A stretch of 64,000 bases of DNA, taken from the sequence record OU509535.1, one strand, 5' to 3'. A program made the translations under genes and the position numbers. Position 1 is the stretch's first letter; the number at the start of each line of letters is the position of its first letter. The notes under the pieces are model-generated. The model was not told the origin of the DNA, did no database searches, and was given only the letters and a program-made list of their open reading frames with translations. Positions 1 to 9,269 of this stretch are shown piece after piece.

Positions 1-142
1 TTTTAACAAACAAGAAAGTACTGTCACCGTGCATCTGGGTAAAATCAGTATAAGTCCGTAAAGCACAATGCCAATACTCAACAATCTCCCTACTCCTTGA
101 GATCTACCAAAGTTGAGGGTGGTAGTACTTTCACCTTTTTAG

Positions 143-394
143 ATGAGAAACATTATGATTTTATTAATTATTACTACAGTACTGTTAGGATTATTCAATT
201 GCTGGATTTATTCAAGAATTGAAAAGAAAGAAGGATATTGCTTTCATAGTACAAAAGATGGTCAATTGGTTTCAATGTTTAGTTTAGAAACCCCATCAAT
301 TTGTAAATTCTTTATTCTTTTACAATTCATCCCGTTTGTTAATATTGTTTTCGCACTTTTATATTTCGTAGATATTCTTAATGGACATTTATAA
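143..394 (+). CDS. Small hypothetical membrane protein
   Basis: 83 aa ORF with two hydrophobic stretches; its stop overlaps the next start (TAATG). Confidence 0.6.
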   Translation: MRNIMILLIITTVLLGLFNCWIYSRIEKKEGYCFHSTKDGQLVSMFSLETPSICKFFILLQFIPFVNIVFALLYFVDILNGHL

Positions 395-1050
395 TGAATA
401 TTAAAACAACCGCAGATAAGTACTGGTTCATTATGAACCACCCAAAGTTTTTAAATAAAAATTTCATCACACCAAAAATTGAAATTGAACCACATAACGT
501 ATGTCCACAAACCAACAGAATTGAACCGTATGAATATTTGAATACAAAAGTCCAGTACTGGATTGAATTTTTTATCCCAGTACATGAGGATGGAAAGTGG
601 GATATTGCACATGATTACAAACATGATTGTGGTGGTGATACAATAGATGAAGCAATTGACTGCTTATACAATTCAGTACTAAATGAATATGGAAATTATA
701 CACAAGAAGAATTAGACAAAAAAGAAGATGAAGTATATGATTACAAAAAATTCAAGGTTGGTGGTGCAACAATGTCATATATTTTATCTAAAATTCATGA
801 AGACCTGTTTGAATACGCAAATGATAAAATTGTAACAGATGAAGAAGCAGAACCCTATAATAACAACACAGTTGGTTATTATGAAAACAAAATTAAAGAA
901 TTAAAAGGAACTTTAAATTCATTAATCGAATTCAAAAGAAATTCACCAAAAGAAATGCACAAAGTAATTGACAAAGACATAAAAAACGTAGAACATGACA
1001 TTTTTGCGAATGAAATGAGTATTAAATTTATGGTGGATTTGGATCTATGA
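394..1050 (+). CDS. Hypothetical protein
   Basis: 218 aa ORF, translationally coupled on both sides; no recognisable motif. Confidence 0.75.
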   Translation: MNIKTTADKYWFIMNHPKFLNKNFITPKIEIEPHNVCPQTNRIEPYEYLNTKVQYWIEFFIPVHEDGKWDIAHDYKHDCGGDTIDEAIDCLYNSVLNEYGNYTQEELDKKEDEVYDYKKFKVGGATMSYILSKIHEDLFEYANDKIVTDEEAEPYNNNTVGYYENKIKELKGTLNSLIEFKRNSPKEMHKVIDKDIKNVEHDIFANEMSIKFMVDLDL

Positions 1051-1415
1051 ATAAAGATCTTTCAAAATTAGTTGAAGACCTGCGGCAGTTGCCGAAAGTT
1101 GAACAAGTTGGGTCGTTTAAACGTTTTTTGGTTATTGCACGTGCATTAGATAAAAAGGGACGTGTACTTAGTACCAAAACTAATTCATACACACAAACAC
1201 ATCCAGTACAGAAGAAGTTTGCAGTTAAGGCTGGACGGTGTGAAGCTGTATGGCTCCATGCAGAAATTCGTTGTTTGTTAGCTGCAAGAAAAGATGTTCA
1301 TACATTACTAATTGCCAGAATTAACAAAGAAGGTCTTCCTGTTCCCGCAAAGCCATGTTCTGTTTGTGAACTGGCTATAAAAGAATATGGTGTAAAAAGG
1401 GTGATTTATACATGA
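1047..1415 (+). CDS. Cytidine/dCMP deaminase-like zinc protein
   Basis: HAE (WLHAEIRC) and PCxxC (KPCSVC) zinc-binding motifs of the CDA superfamily. Confidence 0.85.
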   Translation: MNKDLSKLVEDLRQLPKVEQVGSFKRFLVIARALDKKGRVLSTKTNSYTQTHPVQKKFAVKAGRCEAVWLHAEIRCLLAARKDVHTLLIARINKEGLPVPAKPCSVCELAIKEYGVKRVIYT

Positions 1416-1585
1416 AAAATATTTTTAAAAAAGAATATGATGGTGAAAGCCTTTGTGATATTCAACGAGATGTTGTTGAAGCATTCAGTACAGTATTCAA
1501 TCCAGAAATGATTGATATTCCAGTCGATGAATATGGATTCCAAGAAGGTACATTTGTTGTAAGTATTAAATGGAAGCCAGAATAA
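1412..1585 (+). CDS. Small hypothetical protein (57 aa, MKNIFKKEYDGESLCDIQ...)
   Basis: Translated by hand; ATGA overlap with the upstream stop and TAATG overlap with the next ORF. Confidence 0.6.
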   Translation: MKNIFKKEYDGESLCDIQRDVVEAFSTVFNPEMIDIPVDEYGFQEGTFVVSIKWKPE

Positions 1586-1713
1586 TGCGTGATCTTATTA
1601 TGTTCTTTTCTGCAATCATAGGACTATGTACTTATTATTTTTCCAATCATTATATTATAGCTATGGTATTTGCAATTATATATATTGCACTTTACAGTAC
1701 TGACGACGAATAA
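1585..1713 (+). CDS. Small hydrophobic protein (42 aa, MRDLIMFFSAIIGLC...)
   Basis: Translated by hand; coupled start; ends just before a terminator. Confidence 0.5.
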   Translation: MRDLIMFFSAIIGLCTYYFSNHYIIAMVFAIIYIALYSTDDE

Positions 1714-1735
1714 AAGCACCCCAGTGGTGCTTTTT
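1712..1735 (+). terminator. Rho-independent terminator
   Basis: AAAAGCACC-CCAGT-GGTGCTTTTT hairpin with U tract. Confidence 0.8.
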
Positions 1736-1770
1736 GTATTTGTACAAAATATAATCTAAGTGACTTTTTA

Positions 1771-1812
1771 TTGATTTAAATCAAGAATAAAATCACCTTT
1801 TAGTGATATAAT
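1771..1812 (+). promoter_or_regulatory. Class II FNR-type promoter of the nrdD operon
   Basis: Perfect TTGAT-TTAA-ATCAA (1771-1784) and extended -10 TGaTATAAT (1804-1812); box centre lies at -41.5 from the predicted +1 (about 1819). Confidence 0.8.
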
Positions 1813-1867
1813 ATGTTACGTAGCATTTAAATAAATCTACCACATAATAAAAAATCAAGGAAGAAAA

Positions 1868-3673
1868 ATGAATTCAAATAAATTATATGAAGATATTGAA
1901 AATTTTATTAATAATACAAATAAAGATATTACTACTGAAAATGCTAATAAAGATGCCAAAGTAGTTAATACACATAGAGATTTATTTGCTGGTATCCTTT
2001 CTAAACATTACGCCCAAGATACTATCCCAGAAGAATTTATTAAATGGCACAATGATGGTTATGGACACTGCCACGATTTAGATTACTGGATCTCACCATT
2101 AACAAATTGCTGCCTTATTAATTATCCAGATATGCTTAGAAATGGTTTTAAAATTGGTAGTGCTAACATTGAAGAACCAAAAAGTTTTTCTGTGGCTTGT
2201 ACGGTACTAACACAGATTGTGCAAGCGGTTGCAAGTTCACAATATGGTGGACAATCATTAGCTCACATTGACAAATATTTAGAACCATATGTTCAAATGT
2301 CATGGAATAAACTATTAGAAAAACAAAAGAAATATAATTTAAGTACCGAATTTATTGAAGACGAATTAAGAAAAGAAGTATATGATGGGTGTCAAACATT
2401 TTTATATCAATTAAACAGTACTGTGTCCGTGTCAGGCCAAACCCCTTTCATATCTATTAGTTTAGGTTTAAGTACTACGAAATTTGGACGTTTAATTACT
2501 GAACAATATTTAAAAGTTCATGAAAAAGGTTTAGGTAAAGATGGTATTACTCCAGTATTTCCGAAAGTTATTTTCTTTTTAGAAGATGGTATTAATGCTA
2601 ATAGTACTGATCCAAATTATGATTTAAAACAACAAGCATTACATTGTAGTTCTAAGAGAATTTATCCTGATTTCGTTAGTGTTACATTGAATAAAGAAAT
2701 CACAGGTAGTACTACTGAAGCTGTTACTCCAATGAGTTGTCGTTCATTCCTTTCCAAATGGATAAATGAAGATGGCGAAGAGCAATATAATGGCCGCTGC
2801 AATTTAGGGGTGGCATCGATCAACCTACCGTTAATTGCTCTTGAAAGTACGTCAGACGACGTTTTCTTTGACAAGTTACACCATCACATGGACATGGCAT
2901 ATCGCTTCTTATCGCTCCGTGTAGAGCGTTTAAAAGACACAAAAGCCCGACAGAATCCAGTACTGTACATGTACGGAGCCTTAGCTCGTTTAGATCCAGA
3001 TGAGACTATTGAGCAATTATTTTACAATGGAAGAAGTTCCATTAGTATTGGGTATGTTGGTTTATCTGAATGTTCTGAAATTCTTAAAGGAAAAATAGAC
3101 AAAGATTTTGGATTAAAAGTACTGAAATATATGCAAATGAAATGTAATCAATATAAAGAAGAAACTAATATCGCATATAGTTTATATGGAACACCAGCCG
3201 AAAGTTTGTGTTATAAATTTGCAAAAATTATTAATGAGAAATACCCCTCTGTATTGAATAGAGATTACATTAGTAATTCATTCCATTATCCAGTTCATTA
3301 TGATATTTCAATTTTCGATAAATTTGAATATGAAAGTTTATTTGGAAATATCAGTTCAGGTGGCAATATTAGTTATGTTGAAACCCCAAACCTTTCTAAT
3401 AATTTAAAAGCATTAGAAACAATAGTTGATTATGCTAGTACGAAAGTACAATATTTCGGCATAAATCAACCAGTGGATCACTGCTATAAATGTGGTCATG
3501 ATGGTCAGTTCAACGTAGATAAAAATGGATATAGTTGCCCGCATTGTGGTAATAATGATGAAAGTACTATATCAGTTATTAGACGTGTTTCAGGTTATCT
3601 TGGTGCACCAAATAGTCGCCCATTTAATAAGGGAAAACAAGCCGAAGTGATCGAAAGAATTCGTCATATGTAA
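1868..3673 (+). CDS. nrdD: Anaerobic (class III) ribonucleotide reductase large subunit
   Basis: 601 aa; TNCCL, PMSCRSF and GRCNLGV motifs, CxxC...CxxC zinc site, and the glycyl-radical motif RRVSGYL; no ATP cone, as in T4 NrdD. Confidence 0.97.
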   Translation: MNSNKLYEDIENFINNTNKDITTENANKDAKVVNTHRDLFAGILSKHYAQDTIPEEFIKWHNDGYGHCHDLDYWISPLTNCCLINYPDMLRNGFKIGSANIEEPKSFSVACTVLTQIVQAVASSQYGGQSLAHIDKYLEPYVQMSWNKLLEKQKKYNLSTEFIEDELRKEVYDGCQTFLYQLNSTVSVSGQTPFISISLGLSTTKFGRLITEQYLKVHEKGLGKDGITPVFPKVIFFLEDGINANSTDPNYDLKQQALHCSSKRIYPDFVSVTLNKEITGSTTEAVTPMSCRSFLSKWINEDGEEQYNGRCNLGVASINLPLIALESTSDDVFFDKLHHHMDMAYRFLSLRVERLKDTKARQNPVLYMYGALARLDPDETIEQLFYNGRSSISIGYVGLSECSEILKGKIDKDFGLKVLKYMQMKCNQYKEETNIAYSLYGTPAESLCYKFAKIINEKYPSVLNRDYISNSFHYPVHYDISIFDKFEYESLFGNISSGGNISYVETPNLSNNLKALETIVDYASTKVQYFGINQPVDHCYKCGHDGQFNVDKNGYSCPHCGNNDESTISVIRRVSGYLGAPNSRPFNKGKQAEVIERIRHM

Positions 3674-3746
3674 TCTATATAAAAACGACTAAATGAATAG
3701 TGATAATGTAGAATATAAATGAATTATCAAAAATAAGGAGTCAATT

Positions 3747-4109
3747 ATGACAATTAAAGCAAAACAAATTTTATCAGGCGAACATACTGGAACAATCTTT
3801 TTACACGATGATGAATATGCACGTATTTTAGTATCAAAAACATTTTCAGAAGATGATGAAGTATTATTCAGTACTTTTGAACATGAAGAAATGCGTGAAG
3901 TTGATATTCAAGAACAACCCAAAATTGAAGGCGGTCATCATTTAAATGTAAATGTATTATCACGTTCTCAATTAGAAGAAGCACAGAAATTTCCTGAAAA
4001 ATATCCTCAACTTACTATTCGTGTTTCTGGATATGCAGTTCGTTTTAATTCTCTTACGAAAGAGCAACAAAATGATGTAATTTCACGAACTTTCACTACT
4101 AAGTTCTAA
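3747..4109 (+). CDS. grcA: Autonomous glycyl radical cofactor (GrcA/YfiD-like)
   Basis: C-terminal half [10 protein letters not shown]...[35 protein letters not shown] is diagnostic. Confidence 0.93.
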   Translation: MTIKAKQILSGEHTGTIFLHDDEYARILVSKTFSEDDEVLFSTFEHEEMREVDIQEQPKIEGGHHLNVNVLSRSQLEEAQKFPEKYPQLTIRVSGYAVRFNSLTKEQQNDVISRTFTTKF

Positions 4110-4113
4110 TGTA

Positions 4114-4461
4114 ATGTTTTTTGAATATAATGATGAAAATATATATCCAATTGTGGTTAATAAGTACAAAGAACCATATGATGTATATATTGGAAGAGGT
4201 TCAAAATGGGGGAATCCATTCACTCACATAAAAAATCGTGATACGAAAGCTGAGTTTATTGTTAATACCAGAGAAGAATCTATTTCAAAATATAGAGAAT
4301 GGATATTTGATAAAATTGAAAACGGTGAAATTACCATTGATGAGTTACTAGAATTATCTGGTAAAAAATTAGGATGTTTTTGTAAGCCTAAATCATGTCA
4401 TGGTGATGTTCTTGTGGAAATAGTGAGTGCATTATTAGATGAATTATCAAACAATAATTAA
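4114..4461 (+). CDS. DUF4326-like protein
   Basis: YDVYIGRGSKWGNPF and LGCFCKPKSCHGDVL motifs. Confidence 0.8.
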   Translation: MFFEYNDENIYPIVVNKYKEPYDVYIGRGSKWGNPFTHIKNRDTKAEFIVNTREESISKYREWIFDKIENGEITIDELLELSGKKLGCFCKPKSCHGDVLVEIVSALLDELSNNN

Positions 4462-4909
4462 AGATGACTTAATAAATGGGGAGGGAGTTAGATGCTCCCT
4501 TTTTGTTTCGGGATGTTCAATGGGTTGTAAAAATTGCTACAATGAAAAAGCATGGGATTATAGAAGCGGTACTGAATTCGGTACTGAACAAGTTGAACTT
4601 ATACTAAACGAATTATCTAAATCTTATATATCAGGATTATCATTACTTGGTGGTGATCCACTTGCTCCAAAAAATTTCAGTACTATACTGGATTTGTGTA
4701 AGATTGTTAAAGAAAAATACCCAGACAAAAACATATGGTGTTGGTCTGGGTACACATTAGAAGAGATACAAAACAATCATGCAAAAGAAATATTACAGTA
4801 CTGTGATGTATTGGTTGATGGTAAATTCATTAATGAATTAAAAGATTTGTCGTTACCATACAGAGGTTCAATAAATCAACGTATATTAAGAAAAAATATA
4901 AATTATTAA
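4439..4909 (+). CDS. nrdG: Anaerobic RNR activase (radical SAM)
   Basis: NGEGVRCSLFVSGC, CxxxCxxC (CSMGCKNC), LLGGDPL, PYRGSINQR. Confidence 0.96.
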   Translation: MNYQTIIKDDLINGEGVRCSLFVSGCSMGCKNCYNEKAWDYRSGTEFGTEQVELILNELSKSYISGLSLLGGDPLAPKNFSTILDLCKIVKEKYPDKNIWCWSGYTLEEIQNNHAKEILQYCDVLVDGKFINELKDLSLPYRGSINQRILRKNINY

Positions 4910-4915
4910 AAAAAT

Positions 4916-4943
4916 AAAAAAGCCTCTTTTAAGAGGCTTTTTT
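4916..4943. terminator. Bidirectional terminator between convergent genes
   Basis: AAAAAAGCCTCTT-TT-AAGAGGCTTTTTT. Confidence 0.85.
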
Positions 4944-4944
4944 A

Positions 4945-7900
4945 TTATATAGATGTTGTGTTATTCAAATCATCAAATTTTTTTGATAAAATATCATATC
5001 TTCTACGTTGGTACGCAGCTTCAACAATTAAACATTCTTCCATTCTAAGCATATAAATTTCGCCAGCTTCTACAGCTTCCGTTAATTGAACCCCATTTTC
5101 ATCATATGTTTCACTTACTGCGGGCCATGATTCATAAGTTATTAATCCATATTTTGTCCAATCAAGACCAGCAGAAATTAATGCATCTCTAACTTGTTGT
5201 GCAATATACCCAACATGCCATCTAGCATCATCTTCACCTTTTAATGCAACAGCAGCTTTCATTTTCCACATTTGAAAATTAACAGAACCCCATGCGTCTA
5301 ACAATTCATCAGGTATATTTTGTATATCAATTTTATGAGTTTCATCTGATACAACAGTAACCGCGTTTTGTGTATATATATTTTGTATAGTTGAAGATGA
5401 TGAACCAATGTCATATGTAGCTGTTGTAGTTGGAATTATATTACCAGTAACTCTTAAATTTGTTCCTGCATTTATTGTTAATGAAGAAGATCCAGAACAA
5501 CTTATTGTACCAGTTACAGTTGTACCACCGTTATAATAAAATTCCAAACTTTTGCTACCAGCTCCTGAATTATATCCTAAACCAATTGAATATGTTGGTC
5601 TAAAAGCGTTAGCATAAACTACCCCAGAAAATGTTCCAGCAGTTGCTGTTAAATTATTAATAGAATAATCATTATAAAATGAATATGGAGAAATAGATGC
5701 CTGATTTAGAACTAACACATCACCTATATTACCCAAAACACCATATGAAACATATTGATACGAAATGGTACCGGATGAAGTTGTTAATCGTTTAAATAAT
5801 TCATATAATCCAGTAGCTGAAGTACTTGAACCCGATTCAATATATATTGGTATACCAACAGCTAAAAATTTAGCATTATCGGCTGATACAGTAAAAGTAG
5901 TCAAATTATTTGTTGTATCTACCGAGTTTATAGTAGCCAATATTGACACTTTATAACTAGATGGCAATGACATACCATCAGTAACCATTTTCGAAGTATT
6001 AGTATATCCTGATGTAATAGTAGTACTTATAACGTTATTAGATTTAGATTTATATGTGTGTACCCATGGGGCAATTAAATCACCACGTTTGAACAAACCA
6101 CCACCAATACTTCCATCTACTGCGGTATATTGTGATACCGTAGTTAAAATACTTGAAGCTGGGGATTCTGGTATATATGATTGTACACCATTTGGAAATA
6201 ATGGTATACCACCAGTATATGCTTCAACTGCTTTTATTATTATTGGGGTTGTTGATGGAACTGTAATAACTATACTACCATTTCTAGCATAACTGTAAAT
6301 CCCATTCCAAGCACTTAATCTTTTCTGAGAAAGCATCATCATTTTATAACCATTTCCAAAATTAACTACTTTTTCCGCAAATGATTTAACTAAAGCTGCA
6401 TCAGTATTTTGAGAACTTTCTTGTGATGCTGACGTTTGCCATGCAACTGCATTTTTAGTATCAAAATTATCAGATAAATCTTTATACCATATACACACCA
6501 TCGAACGAATCGACGGATTTCTCCAAGGAATGAAAACAGTACCAGAATTTATTTGTAATCCATAGGGATTAAACATTTCATTGGCATATGGACGATCACG
6601 TAAAGATTCCCAATCGGTATCAGTAGTCATGAAAATATTATATGTACCATATTTGAAATCATATCCACCATGATAAAATGCTCCTAAATCTCTAGCTGGT
6701 GCACCAATAGCATATGTTGTTTGTCCATTTGGTGTATCGTAATGAGTTGTACTACTTGGATATAGATAATCACCATTGTCAGAAATAGTTCCAAAACATT
6801 CTTTTTCAAATGTCACTTGGTTATAATCTAAAAAGTTATCTTTATATGTATTCATACAGTTCAATTGTAAACCTTGGAACCTACTTGCTTTACCATTGAA
6901 ACCCCATCTAGAGATGGTTATGAAATTATAATCCCATTCATTATATGTAGCATCGAAGTTATGTTTTTGAACAGTACTATAAACAGTACTTTTATTCGCA
7001 TTATATACCCACGATGCTGCTGGACCAATATAACAACCACTAGCATCGAACGACGTTCCTGTTATTACTGCTATATAATCTGGAATATCTCCAGAAATAT
7101 TATTTGCATGTCTCCAAGCTAAATTATTTATTATTTCACAGTTAGTTGCTGAAGACCAATCACATGCATTTCTGAATATTCCACGGCGACCTGATTCAAA
7201 TTTACATCCATGTAAATTAACACGGTTAAAATTACCAAATCGTGATGTTACACCTTCTGACACCATATAATCTAAAACATATTGATAATCTTTAATATTA
7301 TCATCAAAATTTAAATTATAGTCAGTTTTAAAAACAGTTTCAGTTATCCCAGATGGCATAAAAACACCACACCAGTTTCCATTTTTAGCTCTAGTACCAT
7401 ACATACTAACGCCTTCTGGATTTAGACATAATATTAATGCACCTGCTGAACTATCATCCGACATAGTTGTTATCGAATGATCTCCAATAAAAATACCACC
7501 ATATACAGCAGTATCTTGTAAACTTACAGTGCCCCAATAACTTTGTTTATTAACTGCTAACCATTTTTCTTTAATTTCATCATATCCATGACACAATCCA
7601 GACAGACGCTTACCAGTAGCTTTATAGGTGTATGATTTGCCAGCATAAATCATAAATCTGGATGCACCGAAATGATAATCAACTCCAGTTTTCCATTTTA
7701 TATGTATTTTACCAATTCTATATCTATTTGCTGGTACTGTTATTTGTAAACGTTCTCCACCTGAATAGGTTGATTCGTTATTACTTCCATATATTGCTAA
7801 TGGTATTAAAGATGTAATTCCATTTATTACTTCACCAATACAAACGAAATCATCAGTTGTTGTATCAGTGGCTTTACTATAGGTATATGAAATAGCACCA

Positions 7901-8658
7901 TTTTGTAATGCATTTACTGATCCACTTGATATATCTAATTTATATTCATACCCATTAGCATTATAAATTAGTGCACTGGAAACAATATGCAATGATGCTA
8001 ATGAGGTATCAATATTTCCCGTTGCAATCCATTTTCCGTGACCGCCATCACCGCGAGAATAAAAACCATCGATTTCTATCATATCATAATTTATTGTTGC
8101 ATTTCGAAATTCAATACTTGATGGGAATTTCACTATTAAATTTTGAAAATTAAATAATTTCCAACCACCTGTCGTGAAATCTTCGTCATTTGAAATTATT
8201 TTTGGATATGTTCCGACATAAGTATAAATTGAAGATGTTTTTTCATTATATACTGCATCAGTCGATTGTGTTATGACAGTATTAACTGTAGCATAACCCA
8301 CCAAATTTAGTTCTGAACTATATTCTAAGATATTTTTTAATTGTTCGAAAAATTGATTTCGTAATGAATCTATTTCTATATTGTATTGATACTTTTTCAA
8401 TTCATATGTTGATTCTGACGTCATTAATTTCATTATATCATCTTGTATAACCCAAGAATCAATATTACCAATTTCACTACCAGTCATAATCCAAACTGTT
8501 TCTGTATTTTCATCGTATAAACCTTTTAGTGAACTTACATCAAGACCGTCTTCAATATATTTTACTTCTGAATGTTCACATCCTAATATACGTGCTATAC
8601 CTTGTTTATTAATTTCTTTAGAAACCGAACCTTTCGGTTGAATTAAATTATTTGCCAC
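4945..8658 (-). CDS. Tail fibre/tailspike RBP with C-terminal intramolecular chaperone (peptidase S74-like)
   Basis: Start moved to the GTG at 8658 (GAGG SD, VANNLIQPKGS); shared QPKGS N-terminal module; C-terminal VVSDETHK...WHVGYIAQ...MEEC chaperone. Confidence 0.85.
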   Translation of the reverse strand: MANNLIQPKGSVSKEINKQGIARILGCEHSEVKYIEDGLDVSSLKGLYDENTETVWIMTGSEIGNIDSWVIQDDIMKLMTSESTYELKKYQYNIEIDSLRNQFFEQLKNILEYSSELNLVGYATVNTVITQSTDAVYNEKTSSIYTYVGTYPKIISNDEDFTTGGWKLFNFQNLIVKFPSSIEFRNATINYDMIEIDGFYSRGDGGHGKWIATGNIDTSLASLHIVSSALIYNANGYEYKLDISSGSVNALQNGAISYTYSKATDTTTDDFVCIGEVINGITSLIPLAIYGSNNESTYSGGERLQITVPANRYRIGKIHIKWKTGVDYHFGASRFMIYAGKSYTYKATGKRLSGLCHGYDEIKEKWLAVNKQSYWGTVSLQDTAVYGGIFIGDHSITTMSDDSSAGALILCLNPEGVSMYGTRAKNGNWCGVFMPSGITETVFKTDYNLNFDDNIKDYQYVLDYMVSEGVTSRFGNFNRVNLHGCKFESGRRGIFRNACDWSSATNCEIINNLAWRHANNISGDIPDYIAVITGTSFDASGCYIGPAASWVYNANKSTVYSTVQKHNFDATYNEWDYNFITISRWGFNGKASRFQGLQLNCMNTYKDNFLDYNQVTFEKECFGTISDNGDYLYPSSTTHYDTPNGQTTYAIGAPARDLGAFYHGGYDFKYGTYNIFMTTDTDWESLRDRPYANEMFNPYGLQINSGTVFIPWRNPSIRSMVCIWYKDLSDNFDTKNAVAWQTSASQESSQNTDAALVKSFAEKVVNFGNGYKMMMLSQKRLSAWNGIYSYARNGSIVITVPSTTPIIIKAVEAYTGGIPLFPNGVQSYIPESPASSILTTVSQYTAVDGSIGGGLFKRGDLIAPWVHTYKSKSNNVISTTITSGYTNTSKMVTDGMSLPSSYKVSILATINSVDTTNNLTTFTVSADNAKFLAVGIPIYIESGSSTSATGLYELFKRLTTSSGTISYQYVSYGVLGNIGDVLVLNQASISPYSFYNDYSINNLTATAGTFSGVVYANAFRPTYSIGLGYNSGAGSKSLEFYYNGGTTVTGTISCSGSSSLTINAGTNLRVTGNIIPTTTATYDIGSSSSTIQNIYTQNAVTVVSDETHKIDIQNIPDELLDAWGSVNFQMWKMKAAVALKGEDDARWHVGYIAQQVRDALISAGLDWTKYGLITYESWPAVSETYDENGVQLTEAVEAGEIYMLRMEECLIVEAAYQRRRYDILSKKFDDLNNTTSI

Positions 8659-8700
8659 TATATTAACCCTCAAGTTTTATATATAAGAATATTTATAATT

Positions 8701-8726
8701 AAAAAGTCTATGGGCAGAGACTTTTT
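8701..8726. terminator. Terminator hairpin
   Basis: AAAAAGTCT-ATGGGCAG-AGACTTTTT. Confidence 0.65.
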
Positions 8727-8738
8727 ATTTTTAATTAT

Positions 8739-9056
8739 ATGAAGCATATATTATAACAATTTCTAATGTTGTTAAACTTGGTTAAAATAATAAAGAGAAA
8801 GTAGGTTGATGTTTCTGAATATGATGTAGGTGCTTCTGTAAGCAATGCTTACTGGAATAACACTCGTAGCGATGTAACTATTGATGAGTTAATTTAAGCT
8901 TCTAGTTAAGTTCTACTTCTTTCTGAAAAAGTAGCGGAGGCCAATCGTAATTGTTGAGCTGTTCTATCAAATGGAGAGAAGTCCAAAACTAAACGTAAGC
9001 CGAAAGAATCTAATCCAGTGTTTGCTGTAGACTTCGACGATGATATTCCGTTCTGA
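8739..9056 (+). pseudogene. Decayed ORF ending in an SSB-type C-terminal tip (DFDDDIPF)
   Basis: One frame from ATG 8739 to TGA 9054 is broken by five stops (8754, 8802, 8895, 8907, 8955) but ends PVFAVDFDDDIPF*. Confidence 0.6.
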
Positions 9057-9075
9057 TGCTAAAAAAGCACTAAAG

Positions 9076-9104
9076 AAAAAGGAACCCAACTGGGTTCCCT
9101 TTTT
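9076..9104. terminator. Bidirectional terminator
   Basis: AAAAAGGAACCC-AACT-GGGTTCCCTTTTT. Confidence 0.8.
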
Positions 9105-9269
9105 ATTTTACTTTCTAAAAGAATTAAATCATATATATCTAAACATGTTGCTTGGTATTTTCATTACCCGGTTTAGACTTAATTGAAATTTATTGCTAAT
9201 TGACAGTGTAGTGGTTACTAATACTAATATCGTGTCCAGGATATTTAATTTCTGTAAATATTTCTATTC

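Noticed and set aside
1741-1867. NrdR boxes upstream of nrdD
   Set aside because: The best candidate (ACAAAATATAATC) has too many mismatches for an AT-rich background.
8739-9056. Stop-codon reassignment or readthrough as the explanation for the in-frame stops in the DFDDDIPF relic
   Set aside because: All three stop types occur in the relic, and TAA, TAG and TGA terminate normal genes elsewhere in the window.
9105-9265. 160 bp gap downstream of the 809 aa tailspike
   Set aside because: Possible eroded coding sequence, but no interpretable peptide or repeat.
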